From: a bacterium | GTDB lineage: Bacteria > Margulisbacteria > Marinamargulisbacteria > GCA-2716485 > GCA-002719695 | Direction of reading: 5' to 3' | DNA: 57,467 nucleotides | NCBI GenBank assembly: GCA_002719695.1 | Contig: PBEQ01000016.1 | Coordinates: 1 to 57,467, forward strand | Shown here: positions 27,865-36,226 of the stretch, one piece after another | How the letters are laid out: each line of letters opens with the position of its first letter | Position numbering within the stretch: the stretch's first letter is position 1 | Program-made: the position numbers and the translations under genes | Notes under the pieces: model-generated | What the model saw: the letters and a program-made list of their open reading frames with translations, nothing else | Database searches by the model: none | What the model was told of the DNA's origin: nothing

Positions 27865-27892
27865 TTGGTTATACCTATTAAGGTGTTATAAT
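27865..27892 (+). promoter_or_regulatory. Sigma70-like promoter for the PP2C/FdhD-like pair
   Basis: -35 TTGGTT (27865-27870), 16-nt spacer, extended -10 TGTTATAAT (TATAAT at 27887-27892). Lies about 50 nt upstream of ATG 27945. Confidence 0.4.
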
Positions 27893-27944
27893 AAAGTTTT
27901 TAAGTATGAATAAAAAATTTAATTTTTGGGTATAGATATAATCC

Positions 27945-28925
27945 ATGATTACACGATTTATAAGTTATTTTAGTGCAATTATTGTTTGCCAATTTGTGTT
28001 TGTCATTTTGTTGGCACCAACTTGGACGTTTTTAGTCAGTACGATTTTATTTTTATCGTTATTACTTGTTGAGATTATGCCATTAACAAAATATGCTACA
28101 TTTAAGTCTCTTTTTCATCAAAAACAACTCTATGATCCATCTATATATTTAGAATCAGCTAAACGTGTTCAAGAAGCGTTGCTATCCATTGATCCGCCTG
28201 AAACAGAGCGAATTAAAATAGTCAGGCGCTGTGTTCCTGCATCAACGTTGGGTGGTGACTTTTACACCTTTGTTAATAAATCTATGAGAAAATTAGATGA
28301 AAAAACGAAGACAAAGGGAATTGTTGAGTTAGTTGATAATAAAGAAGATTTAATTGGGGTTACTATTGGAGATGTTGCGGGTCATGGCGTATCATCGGCT
28401 TTGGTTATGGCTTTGGCTTCGGGTTTATTAGGACGAATTGGATTAAATAATCGGTCACCTGCTGTTATTTTACAACGAGCTAACCTTGATATCCAAAAGT
28501 TTATTTCTCATTCACAAATTAGTCATGTTACAGCCTTTTATTCAACGATTAATCTTGATCAAATGACCTTAACATTTGCTGGTGCTGGTCATCCAGCTGC
28601 CGTACTTTTACGCAAAGATTTAACATATCACTTATTAGAAGCTAATGGTATTTTTTTAGGAATGTATCCAGATGAAGTTTATGAAGAAAAAACAATTTCA
28701 TTAACTCCAGGTGATCGTTTGTTATTATTTACAGATGGCATTATTGAAACATCAAATGCTTATAATGAGGCATTTGGAACAAAACGGTTGGTTGATTTAG
28801 CTATTATGCATTCTGATAGAGAACCTGATGATTTGGTTGAAATTGTTTTTGAACAATTATATAAGTTTCGTGAAGGTGAAATTCAACGAGATGATCAAAC
28901 ATTAGTTGTGGTTGATATCAAATAA
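27945..28925 (+). CDS. Membrane-anchored PP2C/SpoIIE-family protein phosphatase
   Basis: 326 aa. Two N-terminal TM helices, then motifs TLGGDFYTF, GDVAGHGVSSALVMA, LFTDGIIE, DDQTLVVVD. Confidence 0.85.
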   Translation: MITRFISYFSAIIVCQFVFVILLAPTWTFLVSTILFLSLLLVEIMPLTKYATFKSLFHQKQLYDPSIYLESAKRVQEALLSIDPPETERIKIVRRCVPASTLGGDFYTFVNKSMRKLDEKTKTKGIVELVDNKEDLIGVTIGDVAGHGVSSALVMALASGLLGRIGLNNRSPAVILQRANLDIQKFISHSQISHVTAFYSTINLDQMTLTFAGAGHPAAVLLRKDLTYHLLEANGIFLGMYPDEVYEEKTISLTPGDRLLLFTDGIIETSNAYNEAFGTKRLVDLAIMHSDREPDDLVEIVFEQLYKFREGEIQRDDQTLVVVDIK

Positions 28926-28926
28926 A

Positions 28927-29592
28927 ATGTTAACCCAAGGAAAAACAATAAAAAAAGTGACTCAGTCAGGATCAAAGCGCCATATTGATCAGTTGGTTGT
29001 TGAAAAAGAAACGGCTATTTTTTTAAACAATGTTTTTATGTTATCACTTAATCATACATCTCAATTAGAAAAGGAGATGGCTGTTGGTTGTTTGATTGCT
29101 AATAATAAAATAGGGTTTAAAGTTGATTCGGTTTCATATGCTAATCATGAGGTACATATTGAGGCTAATGAATTATGTTTAAATCCCATAAAACAAGCTG
29201 GGTTTATGAAACCTATTGCTAGTAACATTTTTCAATTAACGGCTTATTTTCAAGAAGCTGCAATTTTATATAAAAAAACAGCTATAACTGAAAGTGCTGC
29301 AATCGGATCTGAAAATAATTTACTCTTTTCTGCTGAAGATATGGATCAAAAAACAGCGTTATTTAAGGTAATAGGAGCCTATTTGATTAAGCATCAAACA
29401 GCTATGAAAGGAAAGTCCTTATTATTATCATCACGGGTTACGGCAGAGTTAATGGCTGTTATTATTCGGTGTGGTTTTTCTTTAGTAATTACAAGAACAG
29501 CACCAACAAATCAAGCTCTTGAGATTGCTCAAGCCCATAATGTATCTCTTGTTGGATTTGCGCGTGGTCGTAAATTTAACTGGTATTACTAG
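28927..29592 (+). CDS. FdhD-like protein lacking the catalytic cysteine loop
   Basis: ATG 28927 follows the PP2C stop directly. Colinear with FdhD: VVEKETAIFLNN at the N-terminus and SSRVTAELMAVIIRCGF...APTNQALEIAQAHNVSLVGFARGRKFNWY at the C-terminus. No CxxC loop is present. Confidence 0.6.
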   Translation: MLTQGKTIKKVTQSGSKRHIDQLVVEKETAIFLNNVFMLSLNHTSQLEKEMAVGCLIANNKIGFKVDSVSYANHEVHIEANELCLNPIKQAGFMKPIASNIFQLTAYFQEAAILYKKTAITESAAIGSENNLLFSAEDMDQKTALFKVIGAYLIKHQTAMKGKSLLLSSRVTAELMAVIIRCGFSLVITRTAPTNQALEIAQAHNVSLVGFARGRKFNWYY

Positions 29593-29653
29593 TTATATAG
29601 TAAAAATTGTTTTTTATTTACAAATATTTTTTTTAAGTGTTATATTTCACGCT

Positions 29654-30136
29654 ATGAAAAAATTACTATTAATTTTATGTATTTTAATAAACTCAACCTA
29701 TGCTGATATTCAGCTAAGATCTAATTTGCTGGGTGTTTTTCTAGGTCTTCCAAATGTAGGTATTGAAATTCTTGATAAATCCAATACGTATTCTCTGGAA
29801 GTTTCATACTGGCAAATAGCAGATTATGGTGTTGCTTCAATGCTAAAAATAATTGATATGGAATCATCTCGGTATGGAATTTTAGCTCGAAAATATTTTG
29901 GTTTATCAGATGAGGCTATAAGATTTTATTCTGGAATAGGGTATGGACTAATATCTGAATCAGCATTTTTTTCTTTAATTGAAAACCGATCATCAACTAT
30001 CGAAGCTCGAATAGGTGCTGATTTGGCTGTAATTGAACATTTTAATTTTGGATTCTCGTTAGGGTATCTCTATATTTTTGATGGTTTGATTTCTGATACA
30101 CTTACTTTTGGAGCTAATTGTAAGTATAAATTTTAA
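29654..30136 (+). CDS. Small outer-membrane beta-barrel-like protein
   Basis: ATG 29654 gives the signal peptide MKKLLLILCILINSTYA/D. Alternating hydrophobic pattern, ending ...NCKYKF with a terminal Phe. Confidence 0.5.
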   Translation: MKKLLLILCILINSTYADIQLRSNLLGVFLGLPNVGIEILDKSNTYSLEVSYWQIADYGVASMLKIIDMESSRYGILARKYFGLSDEAIRFYSGIGYGLISESAFFSLIENRSSTIEARIGADLAVIEHFNFGFSLGYLYIFDGLISDTLTFGANCKYKF

Positions 30137-30343
30137 CGGTTTTATTAGCTAGTTTTAATGAATTATTTCTGAATATATTTTAAGTAATTTAACATATATT
30201 AATTTATTATTAGGAAGTATCCTTTTTTGTTTTTTAAATTTAGGCTAATGATAGTTTTAAAAAGATAACATTATAGTTACGTTCTTAAAATTTCTTTTTA
30301 GCTTTTTTCAAAATTGATTTATGTTATAGTTGGTAACTTAGTT

Positions 30344-31672
30344 ATGATCGTATTTTCTAAATTAAAGCGTATTTTATTATTAAGTATTCCTATTATTGGT
30401 GGGATGATGTCTCAGAATATTTTAAATTTAGTTGATACGCTTATGATAGGCCAATTGGGGCACATGGCATTAGCCGGAACTGGAGTAGGTGCTTTTTTGT
30501 TTTTTGTAAGTTTTTCAGGGTTTACAGGCATTGCAAGTGGTGTTCAAACGATGGTAGCTCGCTATGTGGGACAGTCTCAGAAAGATCTTATTTCAATGGC
30601 CTTATTGTTAGGAATTATTTTATCATATATTGGAAGCATTGTTATTTTAATTGGCCAATGGCTTTGGTTAGATAATTTGATTGGTTTGTTTTCTTCAGAA
30701 AAAGAGGTTTTAATAGTTGCTGAGGATTATTACCGTTTCCGATTGTTAGGATTACCTTTTTTGACATTTTGTTTGGTTATTAGAGGGTTTTGGAATGGGC
30801 TTAGTGATCCAAAACGTTATTTGGCTGTTATTGTTCTGATTCATAGTTTAAATGTCATATTTAATTACTGTTTCATTTTTGGTAAATTTGGATTTCCTGC
30901 AATGCAGGCAGCTGGAGCAGGATTAGCATCAACGCTATCTTTGATTATTGGAGCTATGATTTATGGCTTTGATTGCAGAGCTTATTTAAACTTAAGTTCA
31001 TTTTTAAACTTATCTAAGGATATACTTAAGAAAGCTCTAAAATGGTTACTTGATTTAGGAATTCCAACATCTATTCAACAGTTCTTTTTTGCATTAGGCG
31101 TTGCTGTTTTTTATTGGTTATTGGGTCAATTAGGTACGGTTGAGATGGCAATTGGGAATGTTTTGGTTAATATTGTACTAGTTGGAATTTTACCAGGTGT
31201 TGGTTTGGCTATGGCTACTATGACATTGGTTTCTCAATCCTTAGGTGAAAAGAAATTAGTAGATATGTTTTATTGGCCGTTTTATGTTAGTTTACTGGCG
31301 GTTTTTGGAATAGGAGCAATGGTTCTTGTGGCACTTTTTTTTCCAACAATTGTGTTACGTCCGTTTATTTTAGATGATAGTGTTTTGCAGCGTGCTATTT
31401 TACCATTGCGTTTAGATGCCGTTGGTGTTTTTTTTGAGGTTTTGGCTTTAATTTTTATGCATGCATTAAATGGAATTGATCGTACTCGTTTTGTTATGGT
31501 GGTATCTATTGTTTGCCAATGGCTTTTTTTGCTGCCAGTAGCATATTGCCTAGCGGTTGTACTTGGGTATGGCTTAGAGGGTGCTTGGCTGAGTTGGTTA
31601 TTTTTTCAAGTTATTCAGTTGTTAGTGTTTTTTGTAACGTGGTTTCGATTCAGACGTCAGTTTTTTATTTAG
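30344..31672 (+). CDS. MATE-family efflux transporter
   Basis: ATG 30344; about 12 TM helices. MATE-like N-terminus LLLSIPIIGGMMSQNILNLVDTLMIGQLG. Confidence 0.85.
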   Translation: MIVFSKLKRILLLSIPIIGGMMSQNILNLVDTLMIGQLGHMALAGTGVGAFLFFVSFSGFTGIASGVQTMVARYVGQSQKDLISMALLLGIILSYIGSIVILIGQWLWLDNLIGLFSSEKEVLIVAEDYYRFRLLGLPFLTFCLVIRGFWNGLSDPKRYLAVIVLIHSLNVIFNYCFIFGKFGFPAMQAAGAGLASTLSLIIGAMIYGFDCRAYLNLSSFLNLSKDILKKALKWLLDLGIPTSIQQFFFALGVAVFYWLLGQLGTVEMAIGNVLVNIVLVGILPGVGLAMATMTLVSQSLGEKKLVDMFYWPFYVSLLAVFGIGAMVLVALFFPTIVLRPFILDDSVLQRAILPLRLDAVGVFFEVLALIFMHALNGIDRTRFVMVVSIVCQWLFLLPVAYCLAVVLGYGLEGAWLSWLFFQVIQLLVFFVTWFRFRRQFFI

Positions 31673-32961
31673 GTGTAAATACGATTATAAATGGTATCTG
31701 TATTTTGAGTATATTGATCAAAGCTAAATAAACTATCGAGTTCGTCATTACTAAACTTTTCGGTAATATCGTTATCTTCTTTAATTTTAATATCAAAACT
31801 AATTTTTTCATCAAAGGCAGCATGAGCATTACGTTGAACCAATCGGTAAGCATTTTCTCTACTCATTCCTTTTTCAACTAATTTAAGTAGTAATTTTTGT
31901 GAAAAGAAGACGTTATATGATTTAGCAATATTTTCTTTCATTTGATCTTTGTTAACCACAAGTCCAGATATAATTTTTGTCATTAATGAGAGCATGTAAT
32001 CTAAGGCAATTGTTGCATCAGGAAAAATAACACGTTCGGTTGATGAATGAGAGATATCTCTTTCATGCCATAACGCTTGATTTTCAAGAGATGTTACTGC
32101 GTATCCACGAATCACACGAGCAAGACCTGTAACACGTTCGGAGATAATAGGGTTTCTTTTATGAGGCATCGCTGAAGATCCTTTTTGTTTACTAGAAAAA
32201 GGTTCTTGTACTTCATTAAATTCTGTTTTTTGTAAGGAACGTATTTCTACAGCCATTTTTTCTAGTGTACCGGCTGTTATAGCAATTGCTGTCATAAATT
32301 CGGCATGTCTATCACGTTGTAGTGTTTGTGTTGAGACGGGTGCAATATTTATGTTTAAGTTTTTGCAAACAAGTTCTTCTAATTGTGGTGGCATGTGAGC
32401 ATAATTACCAACTGCGCCAGAAATTTTTCCCACATTACAGGTTTCTAATGCTGCTGTAAGTCTTTTTTTGTTACGTTTTAGCTCTTCATACCAGATAGTA
32501 AGTTTTAGACCCATTGTTGTTGGTTCTGCATGAACACCATGGGTTCTACCCATCATTAATGTGTTTTTATGATCAAAAGCTTTTGTTTTAAGAGCGGCAA
32601 GAAGTGTATCAATTTCATTTAGTAATAGAGTGCCTGCATCTTGGATTTGGAGGCTAAAACCAGTATCAACGACATCTGATGACGTTAAGCCAAGATGAAC
32701 AAATCGTGATTTTTCACCTACAAATTCAGCAACTGATGTTAAGAATGCAATAACGTCATGATGAATTTCAGCTTCAATTTCATCAATACGTTTAATGTCA
32801 AAATTTGCTTTTTCTTTAATTTCTTTAACATCATCTGCTTTTAAATTTCCAAGTACAACGTGTGCATCACAGGTAGCAATTTCAATATCCAACCATTTTT
32901 GAAATTTATTTTCTAAACTCCAAATAGCTTCCATTTGTTTTCTTGTGTAGCGTTTAATCAT
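31669..32961 (-). CDS. purB: Adenylosuccinate lyase
   Basis: 430 aa. Fumarate-lyase signature SSAMPHKRNP. The stop overlaps the convergent MATE gene by 4 nt. Confidence 0.95.
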   Translation of the reverse strand: MIKRYTRKQMEAIWSLENKFQKWLDIEIATCDAHVVLGNLKADDVKEIKEKANFDIKRIDEIEAEIHHDVIAFLTSVAEFVGEKSRFVHLGLTSSDVVDTGFSLQIQDAGTLLLNEIDTLLAALKTKAFDHKNTLMMGRTHGVHAEPTTMGLKLTIWYEELKRNKKRLTAALETCNVGKISGAVGNYAHMPPQLEELVCKNLNINIAPVSTQTLQRDRHAEFMTAIAITAGTLEKMAVEIRSLQKTEFNEVQEPFSSKQKGSSAMPHKRNPIISERVTGLARVIRGYAVTSLENQALWHERDISHSSTERVIFPDATIALDYMLSLMTKIISGLVVNKDQMKENIAKSYNVFFSQKLLLKLVEKGMSRENAYRLVQRNAHAAFDEKISFDIKIKEDNDITEKFSNDELDSLFSFDQYTQNTDTIYNRIYT

Positions 32962-33093
32962 TGTATCAGCAGTTTAACAAACTCTAGATTTTGTCTCAAT
33001 GGTTAACGTTATTTTAGGATTTTTGTTTAGTGAAAAATAGAGTTATCAAAACATTTCAAATAAATGTTATTACTGCTATTTATATCTTGTTCT

Positions 33094-33486
33094 TTAACTT
33101 TCTTCTATGTCTGAAAGTAAAATTGTAAGAGCGCGGGTTGATAGTATGATTTCAATTAATGAACTAAGAATGGACCCTAAAAAAAATATTAAGCTGCTAA
33201 TAAAAAATAGTAATCCTAAATTTTTGTTATTAATAAGGAGTGACATAATACTTAAAACACAGAAGATAATAGCTGTAGCGCCTAATGCTTGCATAAGACG
33301 AATTAAAAATAATCTAAAACGTAGGTGTTTGATTTGTTCAATAATTTTTCGAGTATTAATAGTTTGGTAATCTTGATGTAACGATCGAATTAATTGAGAT
33401 AGCGCTAAAAACCGATTGGTGTATGCTAGCATGAGTAATGTAATAGCTGGAAATAAAATAGCTGGTGTTTCAATTGATACAATCAT
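33094..33486 (-). CDS. Small three-TM membrane protein (DUF2721-like, tentative)
   Basis: 130 aa with three hydrophobic helices. The family assignment rests only on size and topology. Confidence 0.5.
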   Translation of the reverse strand: MIVSIETPAILFPAITLLMLAYTNRFLALSQLIRSLHQDYQTINTRKIIEQIKHLRFRLFLIRLMQALGATAIIFCVLSIMSLLINNKNLGLLFFISSLIFFLGSILSSLIEIILSTRALTILLSDIEES

Positions 33487-33706
33487 CTCTAAAGTATACC
33501 GTTTTTTTTAGTGAAGTACTAATATAACTCTTTCATTTAAATTAAATACGTTTAGTTACTATTTTTAGGGCTGTTATTATAAAAATAGTACCGTTTGGAT
33601 CGATAGTGATCTAGTTATTATTGCTATCTTAAATTTTTTGCTTAAAATTGGTGTTTTATAAAAAAGACAGTAGGGTATATAATAGGCTATCTAAAAGGAG
33701 ATAATT

Positions 33707-33970
33707 GTGGCAAAAAGAAGAAAAAAAACAAATACGAAAGATCATTCTGGTAGTGAAAAAGAAGAAACCCTTGTACTCAATGGTGTTGTAACAGAATGTT
33801 TGCCTCAGACTAAGTTTCGTGTTGAGTTAGAAACCGGTCAAGAAATTATTGCTTATAACGCAGGGCGTTTAAATAAATTCCGTATAAAAATTACTTTAGG
33901 AGATAAAGTTCAGGTTGAATTATCTCTTTATGATCTAACTCAGGGCCGAATTATTCGTAGAGATAAATAA
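33707..33970 (+). CDS. infA: Translation initiation factor IF-1
   Basis: GTG start with AAGGAG RBS. S1-like core VVTECLPQTKFRVELETGQEIIAYNAGRLNKFRIKITLGDKVQVELSLYDLTQGRIIRR. Carries a ~15-aa basic N-terminal extension. Confidence 0.9.
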   Translation: MAKRRKKTNTKDHSGSEKEETLVLNGVVTECLPQTKFRVELETGQEIIAYNAGRLNKFRIKITLGDKVQVELSLYDLTQGRIIRRDK

Positions 33971-33978
33971 GTTTTTAC

Positions 33979-34245
33979 TTAATTAGCAAATAATTTGATT
34001 TTAAATGATGATTCAGTATGCTTTAGAGATTCTAAAAATACATGGCCATCTAAAATCTGTACCTTAGTTCCATCTGAAAAATGTAGTTTGTAATTACCCC
34101 CATACCGTGATGATGATAAGGTGAAATTACGATTATCAGCTAAAAAACCACCTGTTTTAACATCCATATGTAGACCAATTTTTTTAAATACAGCTAATAA
34201 ATCGGTTAGATTATAAAATTCTAATTGTTGTTTTGATAGCGCCAT
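33979..34245 (-). CDS. Hypothetical protein
   Basis: 88 aa with a strong RBS (AGGGAGGA). No motif recognised. Confidence 0.5.
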   Translation of the reverse strand: MALSKQQLEFYNLTDLLAVFKKIGLHMDVKTGGFLADNRNFTLSSSRYGGNYKLHFSDGTKVQILDGHVFLESLKHTESSFKIKLFAN

Positions 34246-34320
34246 TATGAGTCCTCCCTAATTATTTTCTATTATATGTAGTTATCGGGTTAATAACTAA
34301 AAAAATTTCATTTATTTTTT

Positions 34321-34456
34321 GGATCTGTCTCGAAATGCCTAATTTTACAATTTTCGCCTTTGTTATGGAGCTCTGCTACACCGCTTCAGGCGATAAACTG
34401 CAAATCTTAGATCTTTGGCGATATTACATCGAATGTTGCTATTTAGTGACAGGCTC
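34321..34456. repeat. Copy 1 of a ~140-nt non-coding element with terminal inverted repeats (structured RNA or MITE)
   Basis: Aligns with 53979-54121. The first ~105 nt show 13 substitutions and one 1-nt indel by hand count. Ends are CTGTCTCGAAAT / ATTTAGTGACAG. Flanked by TTTT on both sides. Confidence 0.8.
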
Positions 34457-34473
34457 TTTTCTAAACTTATAAT
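34446..34473 (+). promoter_or_regulatory. Sigma70-like promoter facing aroE, straddling the right end of the repeat
   Basis: -35 GTGACA (34446-34451, inside the terminal inverted repeat), 16-nt spacer, perfect -10 TATAAT (34468-34473). Lies about 70 nt upstream of aroE. Confidence 0.4.
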
Positions 34474-34545
34474 ATTAAATCGTTTACTAACTATTTCTTA
34501 AAATGTGATGACATAATTGTTTTGTTAATGCTATATTTTTGTAAC

Positions 34546-35403
34546 ATGATTTCTGGAGAAACAATTATTTTAGGCGTGTTTGGGGATCCTATTACTCATT
34601 CTTACTCTCCTCAACTTCACAATAGTGTTGCTAAATCATTAGGTTTGGACTGTTGTTATGTTGCTTTTCCAGTTAAAGCTAATTGTTTGCAAGCTGCTGT
34701 GCAAGGTTTAGATGCTTTAGGCATTAGAGGAATTAACGTTACTGTTCCTCACAAAGAGACGATTATGTCTTTTTTAGATTGTTGTGATGAAGATGCTTTA
34801 GCAATGGGTGCTGTCAATACAATTGTGAATCGAGATGGGCTTTTACATGGATATAATACAGATGGAAAGGGGTTTATTTATTCGCTATGTGAGTATCATC
34901 AACAGTCTGTTAAAGGAAAGAATATTGTTTTTTTAGGTGCGGGAGGTACGGCTAAAGCATTAAGTTATACATGTTTAAATCAAGAGGTTGCTTCTCTAAC
35001 TATAATTAATCGAACGGTGGAAAAGGCAGCCTCTATTAAAGATGAGTTATTACAGAGTAACTCGTCAATTCCTGTACAAACATTTGCAACAGCTGATACA
35101 GCTTGTTTAGAGGTTTTAAATCAAGCCGATATTATTGTTAATGTTACATCTTTGGGGTTAGCTAATCAGGATCCTCTGCCTATTCAAACGCTTGATTGGA
35201 TGCATGCAAAGCAATGTCTGATTGATGTTATTTATAATCCAAGAGAAACTCGTTTTTTAGCAGCTGGAAAGCAAAAAGGGTTAACGGTAATTAATGGCCT
35301 TGCAATGTTAATTGCGCAAGCCGCCTATTCTTTTTCCTTGTTTATGGATGTTGATCCTCCTTTTGAGCATTTTTTTTCTCAGTTAAATAGTTTTGAGGGG
35401 TAA
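34546..35403 (+). CDS. aroE: Shikimate dehydrogenase
   Basis: Motifs SYSPQLHN, NVTVPHK, GAGGTAKA. ATG 34546 is preferred; alternatives are 34528 and 34522. Confidence 0.9.
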   Translation: MISGETIILGVFGDPITHSYSPQLHNSVAKSLGLDCCYVAFPVKANCLQAAVQGLDALGIRGINVTVPHKETIMSFLDCCDEDALAMGAVNTIVNRDGLLHGYNTDGKGFIYSLCEYHQQSVKGKNIVFLGAGGTAKALSYTCLNQEVASLTIINRTVEKAASIKDELLQSNSSIPVQTFATADTACLEVLNQADIIVNVTSLGLANQDPLPIQTLDWMHAKQCLIDVIYNPRETRFLAAGKQKGLTVINGLAMLIAQAAYSFSLFMDVDPPFEHFFSQLNSFEG

Positions 35404-35404
35404 C

Positions 35405-36226
35405 ATGTCAATTTTAGAGTGTTTAAGGCTAAGTTTTAAAAAAATAAAACAAGATTATATTGTTATGGGGCCTTATTTGGCGTTTACCTTGCTTAATATT
35501 TTATATTCAAGGCAATTTTTAGTTGTAGCTGAGCCAGCATCTCTTTTTTATATGGCTCAATTAGTTGGACAACATGTTGTTCAAACGTTGTTTGGTTTTT
35601 TTGTAATTATTATGGTTGTTAATTTGCGAAATCATGAAGTTAATATGCCGTTAGTAGTTTCGTTATTTATGAATCGTATTCGGCATTTTATTTTCATGGC
35701 TATTTTGGTTAATATTCCTTTTGCGATGTTAATATATGGAGGCCTTTCATTTTCTGCTACAGAAGCATCGGCTGCTGGTGTAACATTATTATCTTTTTTT
35801 ACATTATTTTTTGTAGGAATAGGTATTTATATTATGATTCCCATAACGGCTTTTGGATATTTTGCTTGTATTCAATTTACGTTAACATCAAAGCCTGTTG
35901 TAGATGTTTTGGGAGACATATTGGTTTTTTGTTTTAAACAGTATCGATTGTGTCTTCGTTGGTTTTGGGTAATGCTAAGTCTTAATATGCTTCAGATTTT
36001 TGTGTTGCCACTTTCTCTGACAAATTTTGTTTTAAAAGATGTTTTTTTAGCACTGATTCAGGCTTTTATCTTAACGATAGTCATGATTTTTTCAATAACT
36101 TACTATAAACACTATGTATCTCCTGCTATGCGTGATGCTAGTAATTTTCAAGTGGAAACTCAGAAGGACTTAGATGCAGATGATAAGGATACGTTATTAG
36201 AACAGGGTGACGGAAAGGAGTCGTGA
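35405..36226 (+). CDS. Polytopic membrane protein, unknown function
   Basis: ATG 35405 lies 1 nt after the aroE stop. About six TM helices and an acidic C-terminal tail. The 3' end overlaps convergent nadB by 67 nt. Confidence 0.55.
   Translation: MSILECLRLSFKKIKQDYIVMGPYLAFTLLNILYSRQFLVVAEPASLFYMAQLVGQHVVQTLFGFFVIIMVVNLRNHEVNMPLVVSLFMNRIRHFIFMAILVNIPFAMLIYGGLSFSATEASAAGVTLLSFFTLFFVGIGIYIMIPITAFGYFACIQFTLTSKPVVDVLGDILVFCFKQYRLCLRWFWVMLSLNMLQIFVLPLSLTNFVLKDVFLALIQAFILTIVMIFSITYYKHYVSPAMRDASNFQVETQKDLDADDKDTLLEQGDGKES

Noticed and set aside
34335-34472. 45-codon ORF inside repeat copy 1 as a small protein gene
   Set aside because: A 1-nt indel between the copies shifts the frame, and copy 2 terminates after 20 codons. 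Nucleotide conservation nevertheless continues, so the conservation is not protein-coding.
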